Of a DNA stretch of 32,000 bases, positions 26,719 through 32,000 are shown one piece after another (positions within the stretch are counted from its first letter, which is position 1; the number at the start of each line of letters is the position of its first letter). Source of the stretch: Trichlorobacter lovleyi SZ (lineage in GTDB: Bacteria > Desulfobacterota > Desulfuromonadia > Geobacterales > Pseudopelobacteraceae); NCBI RefSeq assembly GCF_000020385.1, contig NC_010814.1, forward strand, positions 780,001 through 812,000, given 5' to 3'. The notes below the pieces were generated by a model, which saw nothing but the letters and a program-made list of their open reading frames with translations, was not told where the DNA came from and did not search any database. The position numbers and the translations under genes were made by a program.

Positions 26719-28515
26719 ATGGAAATGAAGGTTTCAGATTACATTGCGTCATTTATGGTTGAAAACGGCATCACCGACCTGTTTACCGTGACGGGTGGTG
26801 GTGCAATGCACCTTAATGATTCATTGGGTAACCATCCTGAGCTGGTTTCAACCTATAACCATCATGAGCAGGCATGTGCAATTGCGGCAGAAGCGTATGC
26901 CCGGCTAACCGGCAGGATTGCTTTGGTCTGTGTGACCAGTGGTCCTGGTGGCACCAATGCGATTACTGGTGTTATGGGAGGGTGGGTCGATTCAATCCCG
27001 ATGTTTGTAATTTCGGGGCAAGTTAAGTTTTCAACAACTATTGCTTCTACCAACGTGCCGCTTCGACAGTTAGGGGACCAAGAGTTTAATATCGTCGATT
27101 CCGTGCGGTGTATGACCAAGTATGCAGTGATGTTGACGGAGCCTGAGTCCATTGCCTACCACCTTGAGCGAGCTCTCTTCCTTGCCGGACATGGCAGGCC
27201 AGGCCCTGTGTGGCTTGACATCCCGCTGAATGTACAGGGGGCTCTCATTGAAACAGATGCGCTCCAGCATTACGACCCGTCTGAAGATGCTGTTCAGGTG
27301 GTTGCGCCACCTTCCAATGATGTGTATTCCCAGCTTATTGAAAAAATTTGTAATGCCCGAAAACCTGTAATACTCGCCGGTAGCGGTATTCGTCTTTCCG
27401 GTAGTCATGATGTCTTTATACAGCTACTTGAAAAACTTAACATCCCTGTTGTCACAGCGTGGAATGCCCATGACAATCTATGGGACGATCACCCCTTGTA
27501 TTGTGGGCGTCCAGGCACTATCGGCACACGAGGCGGTAATTTTGTTGTCCAAAACTGTGACCTGCTGCTATCGCTTGGTTGCCGGATGAATATTCGCCAG
27601 ATAAGTTATAATTGGGAAAATTTTGCGAAAGATGCGTATCTCGTCGCCGTAGATATTGATGCGGGAGAATTGAAAAAGCCAACATTAACAGTAGATATGC
27701 CGATTCATGCGGATTTGGGTGATTTTTTGCCGGGGCTGCTTGGGGCGATGCAAGCCGATCATAAGCTTGGAAATATCGAATGGTTGGAGTGGTGTCGGAA
27801 GATAAACCAGAAGTATCCTGCGGTACAGCCCCATCACTACACCCCCCACTCTCCAGTCAACCCGTATGTTTTCATGGACAGGCTCTCACAGTATCTTGAT
27901 GAGGGAGATGTGACCGTGACAGGAAACGGCAGTGCCTGTGTGTGCTCATTCCAGGCCATGGTTATCAAAAAAAATCAGCGGCTCTTCACAAACTCAGGGT
28001 GTGCCAGCATGGGCTACGGTCTTCCCGCTGCGCTTGGTGCTGCTGTCGCTCTTGGCGGCAAACGGGTAATCTGCCTTGACGGTGATGGTAGTATTCAGAT
28101 GAATTTGCAGGAGTTACAGACTATTATTCACAATAAACTCAACTTGAAAATATTCTGGTTAAATAACGACGGGTACCACTCCATTCGTCAAACCCAAACC
28201 AATATTTTTAATGCGAGGTTTTGCGGCGTAAATGAAACCAGCGGTATAAGTTTTCCCAGTGCGGATAAAATTGCACGAGCATATGGTTTTGAATTTATTA
28301 AAATTGATGCCGTTGAAGACATGGATGAAAAAATAAAGAAAGTCTTGCTATCGGATACCTCTATTGTGTGCGAAGTGATTCTAAATCCTGCTCAGGGGTT
28401 TGAGCCCAAGTTGTCTTCACGCATACTTCAGGACGGTACAATGGTTTCGCCATCGCTTGAAGACATGTTTCCATTTTTGAGCGCTGAAGAAATGAAAATG
28501 AATGCTTACAAATAA
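26719..28515 (+). CDS. Thiamine-diphosphate-dependent enzyme, acetolactate-synthase large-subunit-like (YerE-like candidate C-branching enzyme)
   Basis: N-terminal Pyr domain (DLFTVTGGGAMHLNDS, HEQACAIAAEAYARLTG, VTSGPGGTNAITGV). C-terminal ThDP-binding motif GDGSIQMNLQELQTI...NNDGY (28081-28174). Length 598 aa. ATG 26719 has GAGG 8 nt upstream. Confidence 0.85.
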   Translation: MEMKVSDYIASFMVENGITDLFTVTGGGAMHLNDSLGNHPELVSTYNHHEQACAIAAEAYARLTGRIALVCVTSGPGGTNAITGVMGGWVDSIPMFVISGQVKFSTTIASTNVPLRQLGDQEFNIVDSVRCMTKYAVMLTEPESIAYHLERALFLAGHGRPGPVWLDIPLNVQGALIETDALQHYDPSEDAVQVVAPPSNDVYSQLIEKICNARKPVILAGSGIRLSGSHDVFIQLLEKLNIPVVTAWNAHDNLWDDHPLYCGRPGTIGTRGGNFVVQNCDLLLSLGCRMNIRQISYNWENFAKDAYLVAVDIDAGELKKPTLTVDMPIHADLGDFLPGLLGAMQADHKLGNIEWLEWCRKINQKYPAVQPHHYTPHSPVNPYVFMDRLSQYLDEGDVTVTGNGSACVCSFQAMVIKKNQRLFTNSGCASMGYGLPAALGAAVALGGKRVICLDGDGSIQMNLQELQTIIHNKLNLKIFWLNNDGYHSIRQTQTNIFNARFCGVNETSGISFPSADKIARAYGFEFIKIDAVEDMDEKIKKVLLSDTSIVCEVILNPAQGFEPKLSSRILQDGTMVSPSLEDMFPFLSAEEMKMNAYK

Positions 28516-28524
28516 GGGTTACCA

Positions 28525-30120
28525 ATGAAATCTATTCAAATTCTTGATTGTACGCTACGTGACGGCGGTTTTGTCAATGACTGGAATTTTGGGCTGGGAA
28601 GCATGAAAAGCATTATCAGTCGGTTGGATAAAGCCGGCGTTGATATGGTTGAAATAGGCTTTATTGACGAGCGGCGTTCATATGATCCAAACAGGGCAAT
28701 TCAACCGGATACCCAGTCATTTCAAGCGGTATTACAGGGTCTTGATATCCGCAACTCATTGATACTTGGTATGGTTGATTATGGCACTTGCGACATTGAT
28801 AAGATAGCCCCCAAAGAGCATTCATATATCGACGGGATCAGGGTTATTTTTAAGAAAAAAGATCAAGATGCTGCACTCCGGTATCTGCAACAGATTAAGG
28901 CCAAAGGTTACAAAATATATGTTAACCCGGTATCTATTACTGGATACTCAGATGAAGAAATCTGCTCACTAATAGGCAAAATAAACGGTCTTGACCCTGA
29001 AGGGGTCTCTATTGTTGATACTTACGGGCTTATGCACCGGAAGGATCTCCTGCACTATTTCCGGCTGTTCGATAAATACCTGAGCAATCACATTACTTTA
29101 GGATACCATGCGCATAATAATTTCCAGCTTGTTTACGCGAATTCGATAGAGCTATGCGAATTGTTGGGTGAACGCAATATTATTATTGACAGTTCTCTCT
29201 ATGGCATGGGCAAAGGTGCGGGGAATGCAAATACCGAATTGATCGCCATGTACTACAATGAAAATATTAACAGCAAGTATGAAGTAGAACATCTGCTTGA
29301 AGCAATTGATGTTGATATTCTTAAGGAATATGCTAAGGCCCCGTGGGGTTATTCGCTGTCGTATTATCTTGCTGCATCTAACGACTGCCATCCTGATTAT
29401 GCGAAGTATTTGCTATCAAAGAAGACACTTGCGGTTAAGTCAGTCAATGAACTGCTTACTTCCCTGCCAGTTACCCATAAGCTGGCATTCAACAGAGAAC
29501 TGATTGAAAGGCTATATGTAGAATACCAGGACGTAGCTTGTAATGATGCCGCTGCTTATAGAAGACTTGCTGCAGAGATAACAGGCCGTAAGGTTCTTCT
29601 TATTGGGCCAGGTGCGTCCATAGTTAATGATGCAGATGCTATAATGTCTTATATTAAACAGAATAGTCCCGTCCTTATTTCAATTAATTTTATTAATGAC
29701 ATGTACCCTATTGACTATGTATTCATGGGAAATTCAAAAAGGTACAGCCAGTTTTTCCATAATCTGCATGGTACTAACAGAAACGCAAAAATAATTACGA
29801 CCTCAAATATTACGGCTTCTGGTGAGCATATTGACTTCGTATTCAACTATGGAAAACTTCTTGACGAGACTGAGGTTGTAAGAGACAACCCACTGCTTAT
29901 GATGTTAAACATATTAACTAAATTAGGCTGTGTAGATGTGACAATTGCCGGATTTGATGGCTATGACCAGAACGTAGCGCAGAATTACTATGATCAATAT
30001 ATTCCATTCTTATACTGTCATGATAACGTGCTGTTGAGAAATAGCGCTATAGCTAATAAACTTAAAGTTATTTCAAAAGATATGTCTATTCGTAGTATTA
30101 CCAAAACATTGTATTTATAA
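28525..30120 (+). CDS. Two-domain fusion: N-terminal DRE-TIM metallolyase (HMGL-like aldolase/pyruvate carboxyltransferase domain) plus C-terminal DUF115 (MptE/Maf)/GT42-sialyltransferase-like domain
   Basis: N-terminal domain: ILDCTLRDGG (metal-binding Asp), GYHAHNN (HxH metal ligands), GMGKGAGNANTEL. C-terminal domain, from about residue 345 (nt ~29557): VLLIGPGASI...VLISINF...YVFMGN and LNILTKLGCVDVTIAGFDGY. This parallels the GxGPS / N / G-x-D-x-Y layout of DUF115 and Cst-type transferases, as recalled from memory. Confidence 0.65.
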   Translation: MKSIQILDCTLRDGGFVNDWNFGLGSMKSIISRLDKAGVDMVEIGFIDERRSYDPNRAIQPDTQSFQAVLQGLDIRNSLILGMVDYGTCDIDKIAPKEHSYIDGIRVIFKKKDQDAALRYLQQIKAKGYKIYVNPVSITGYSDEEICSLIGKINGLDPEGVSIVDTYGLMHRKDLLHYFRLFDKYLSNHITLGYHAHNNFQLVYANSIELCELLGERNIIIDSSLYGMGKGAGNANTELIAMYYNENINSKYEVEHLLEAIDVDILKEYAKAPWGYSLSYYLAASNDCHPDYAKYLLSKKTLAVKSVNELLTSLPVTHKLAFNRELIERLYVEYQDVACNDAAAYRRLAAEITGRKVLLIGPGASIVNDADAIMSYIKQNSPVLISINFINDMYPIDYVFMGNSKRYSQFFHNLHGTNRNAKIITTSNITASGEHIDFVFNYGKLLDETEVVRDNPLLMMLNILTKLGCVDVTIAGFDGYDQNVAQNYYDQYIPFLYCHDNVLLRNSAIANKLKVISKDMSIRSITKTLYL

Positions 30121-30131
30121 GGTTGCGTCAA

Positions 30132-30797
30132 ATGGGAAAGACAGTATTTATAACTGGTGGTAGTAGAGGTATTGGCAAAGCGATAGTTGATGCATTTTCC
30201 AGAAATGGATATACAATAATAGCGCCAACAAGGGCTGAAATGGACCTTTCTTCTGATAGTTCAGTATTGAATTATTTTGAACGTAACAAAATACAAGTTG
30301 ATTGTATTGTCAATAATGCTGGTATAAATCCACTATCTCAAATTGAAAATGTAAATGATTGCGATATTGAAGAAGCTATAAATATTAATCTTAAAGCACC
30401 TATACTCATTGTGAGATCTCTTGTCTCGAGTATGAAAGAACGGAAATACGGACATATTGTTAATGTCTCATCTATTTGGGGAGTAGTTTCAAAAGAAAAG
30501 AGAACAGTTTATTCAATTACAAAAAATGGCTTACATGGTCTTACCAACACACTCGCCGTTGAGCTTGGCGCGTATAACATCCTCGTAAATACCGTATGTC
30601 CAGGTTTCACTAATACGGAGCTTACTAAAAAGAATGTCTCCACTGATGAGGCAAAAGCTATTGCCACAAATATTCCTCTCGGCAGATTTGCAGAGCCTGC
30701 TGAAATTGCTTCACTGATATATTTTCTTGGATCTGAACAAAATTCTTATATTACGGGTCAGAAAATAGTCATAGATGGAGGTTTTACAGTACTATGA
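30132..30797 (+). CDS. Classical short-chain dehydrogenase/reductase (FabG-like)
   Basis: TGGSRGIGKAIV (TGxxxGxG), NNAG, catalytic Ser in VNVSSIWG and YSITK (YxxxK), C-terminal GQKIVIDGGF. ATG 30132 was preferred over TTG 30123. Confidence 0.88.
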   Translation: MGKTVFITGGSRGIGKAIVDAFSRNGYTIIAPTRAEMDLSSDSSVLNYFERNKIQVDCIVNNAGINPLSQIENVNDCDIEEAININLKAPILIVRSLVSSMKERKYGHIVNVSSIWGVVSKEKRTVYSITKNGLHGLTNTLAVELGAYNILVNTVCPGFTNTELTKKNVSTDEAKAIATNIPLGRFAEPAEIASLIYFLGSEQNSYITGQKIVIDGGFTVL

Positions 30798-31864
30798 ATA
30801 TTAATTCTTATAATAAAACATACACTGTTGATACAGTAGATGTTATCGACTTGCAAAATTTTGTTGGTAGTTCTGTATACCTTATTGTTTTTGATAAGAA
30901 AGTGTATGATATATATAAAGGCACTGCTTTTAAGGACTTAGATGTAAGTAGAGCTGTTTTTTTAGAGGCCGATGAGAATTGTAAGACTATTGATACTGCT
31001 GTTGAAATATGCAAAATAATGGCTGATATTCCATTTAATAAAAATAGTATCTTAATATCTATTGGGGGGGGAATCATACAGGATATAACTGGGTTTGCTG
31101 CCAATATATACAATAGAGGGATACGATGGATTTTTATTCCAACTACTCTTCTTGCGCAATGTGATAGTTGTATAGGCGGCAAAACATCATTAAATCTTAT
31201 GAATTATAAAAATATTCTGGGAACATTTTATGCGCCGGACAGGATAATGATCGATTTGAATTTTGTAACCACCTTGTCAGAAGACGATTATTTAAGTGGA
31301 CTTGGAGAAGTGGCAAAATTCAATATAATGGCTGCACATGACGGTATAGAGCTACTCGAAAGACACATTGATAGGCTTCTGCACCGAGATATTGAATGTC
31401 TGCGTGCCTTTTTGAAACGTTCTTTGGAGTTTAAGAAAAAATTTATTGAAGAGGATGAGTTTGATAAGGGTGTACGTAACCTCCTTAATTTTGCCCATAC
31501 CTTTGGTCATGCTTTTGAGTCTGTAAGCCATTACGCCATCCCGCACGGTCAGGCAGTTACATTGGGTTTGCTGATGGCTAATATGATCTCCTTTGATCGT
31601 GGGCTTCTTGACCACAATCTGAAGTGTCGGATAGAAAAACTGTGTGTACGGCTAATTTCAGTAAAGCTTGACTACCATTGGTTTGAGCCGAGTAGTATTA
31701 TTGGGGCAATGAAGAGGGATAAAAAGAGGACATCTGAGCAGTTGACGGCAGTGCTCTTTAAAAGCGATTTAGGGCTTGAAATTGTTCATGACTTAAGGCC
31801 TGAAGAAGTAGAGCGAAGCTTGCTTGAGCTGATTTCGTATCTTAAATTGAGCAAGCTTTGCTAA
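30794..31864 (+). CDS. 3-dehydroquinate-synthase-like sugar phosphate cyclase / metal-dependent NAD oxidoreductase superfamily protein
   Basis: GGGIIQDITGFAANIYNRGIRWIFIPTTLLAQCDSCIGGKTSLN parallels the DHQS motif GGGvvgDlaGFaAatymRGvrfiqvPTTLLAqvDSSvGGKtgvN. YKNILGTFYAP is present. The three metal-ligand positions are conserved: GLGEVAKF (Glu), NFAHTFGHAFE (His), IPHGQAV (His). ATGA overlap with the SDR gene. Confidence 0.8.
   Translation: MNINSYNKTYTVDTVDVIDLQNFVGSSVYLIVFDKKVYDIYKGTAFKDLDVSRAVFLEADENCKTIDTAVEICKIMADIPFNKNSILISIGGGIIQDITGFAANIYNRGIRWIFIPTTLLAQCDSCIGGKTSLNLMNYKNILGTFYAPDRIMIDLNFVTTLSEDDYLSGLGEVAKFNIMAAHDGIELLERHIDRLLHRDIECLRAFLKRSLEFKKKFIEEDEFDKGVRNLLNFAHTFGHAFESVSHYAIPHGQAVTLGLLMANMISFDRGLLDHNLKCRIEKLCVRLISVKLDYHWFEPSSIIGAMKRDKKRTSEQLTAVLFKSDLGLEIVHDLRPEEVERSLLELISYLKLSKLC
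31064..31071 (+). repeat. Homopolymeric G8 tract inside the DHQS-like gene (codons 91-93, the GGG of the nucleotide-binding loop)
   Basis: Direct count: att then eight consecutive g at 31064-31071, in a gene that is otherwise very AT-rich. Confidence 0.95.
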
Positions 31865-31937
31865 GCCTTTGTATTGTGTACAGAGATGGTATTCACTTTG
31901 TAGCATACCTCAACCAGTACATACAGAGGTGTTGACT

Positions 31938-32000
31938 TTGAACAAAAATATTCCTTTTCTTGATCTGAAGGCTGCTTATCTGGAACTTAAAGAAGAGCTG
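31938..32000 (+). CDS. DegT/DnrJ/EryC1-family sugar aminotransferase, 3'-truncated by the window edge (first ~21 codons only)
   Basis: The frame reads (L/M)NKNIPFLDLKAAYLELKEEL, the characteristic N-terminus of this family (compare gnnB IPMVDLKTQYHHLKSEI in this window). TTG 31938 lies 8 nt after AGAGG. The GTG at 31929 is an in-frame alternative. Too short to appear in the ORF track. Confidence 0.55.
   Translation, partial: MNKNIPFLDLKAAYLELKEEL

Noticed and set aside
26719-28515. ThDP enzyme as phosphonopyruvate decarboxylase (a phosphonate-decorated polysaccharide)
   Set aside because: No PEP mutase or AEP transaminase context is present. The protein is a ~600-aa three-domain acetolactate-synthase-like enzyme, not the shorter phosphonopyruvate decarboxylase type. 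Its position directly after rfbFGH favours a YerE-like role.
30794-31864. DHQS-like gene as the housekeeping shikimate-pathway aroB, or as part of an aminoshikimate (AHBA) pathway
   Set aside because: There are no DAHP synthase, dehydroquinase or shikimate genes nearby. The gene is strongly AT-shifted relative to the backbone and embedded in sugar-modifying genes. This cannot be fully excluded without phylogeny.
31865-31937. The 73-nt spacer before the terminal aminotransferase, examined for a promoter or riboswitch
   Set aside because: The best sigma70-like pair (TTGTAT ... 15 nt ... TATTCA) matches only 3/6 and 3/6 and has short spacing. No conserved structured element was recognisable.
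1-32000. Search for a JUMPStart/ops element (GGCGGTAG) upstream of the polysaccharide genes
   Set aside because: I saw only near-misses, all inside coding sequence (AGCGGTAG near 13993, GGTGGTAG near 25805 and 30165). No exact ops element was found, and RfaH-type control is an enterobacterial feature anyway.

Overview
Dense envelope-biogenesis locus: 31 co-directional CDS, all on the + strand, almost entirely coding. I saw no RNA genes, CRISPR arrays, IS elements or integrases. LEFT PART (1 to ~18.8 kb; hand-sampled 60-nt lines give about 60-68% GC): bamA (5' partial)-skp-lpxD-fabZ-lpxA-gnnA-gnnB-lpxB-lpxL-PAP2 phosphatase-waaA-lpxK-waaF-gmd-msbA, then core glycosyltransferases (GT2, GT11-like, GT2, GT9). 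Most genes are joined by ATGA or TAATG start/stop overlaps. This is a near-complete Raetz lipid A pathway. It also carries a GnnA/GnnB-type module that predicts a 2,3-diaminoglucose lipid A backbone, and an embedded PAP2 phosphatase. RIGHT PART (~18.8 to 32 kb): GC falls in steps to about 40-50% and then about 25-40%. The first break lies inside a GT9 gene. This part holds GT2, GT9-like and GT-A-like transferases, then rfbF-rfbG-rfbH (CDP-3,6-dideoxyhexose pathway, with no E3 reductase in the window). Next come an Fcl-like SDR and an acetolactate-synthase-like ThDP enzyme, the YerE/YerF-type arrangement for C-branched yersiniose-like sugars. The most unusual block follows: a DRE-TIM (HMGL-like) aldolase fused to a DUF115/sialyltransferase-like domain, a short-chain dehydrogenase, a 3-dehydroquinate-synthase-like sugar phosphate cyclase, and the start of a DegT-family aminotransferase. 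I read this distal block as a candidate undescribed pathway for a C-branched, chain-extended or carbocyclic/aminated sugar that decorates the LPS or LOS. No wzx, wzy, wzm/wzt, waaL or initiating transferase is present in the window. All functional calls rest on motifs read by eye from the translations. No database search was run.
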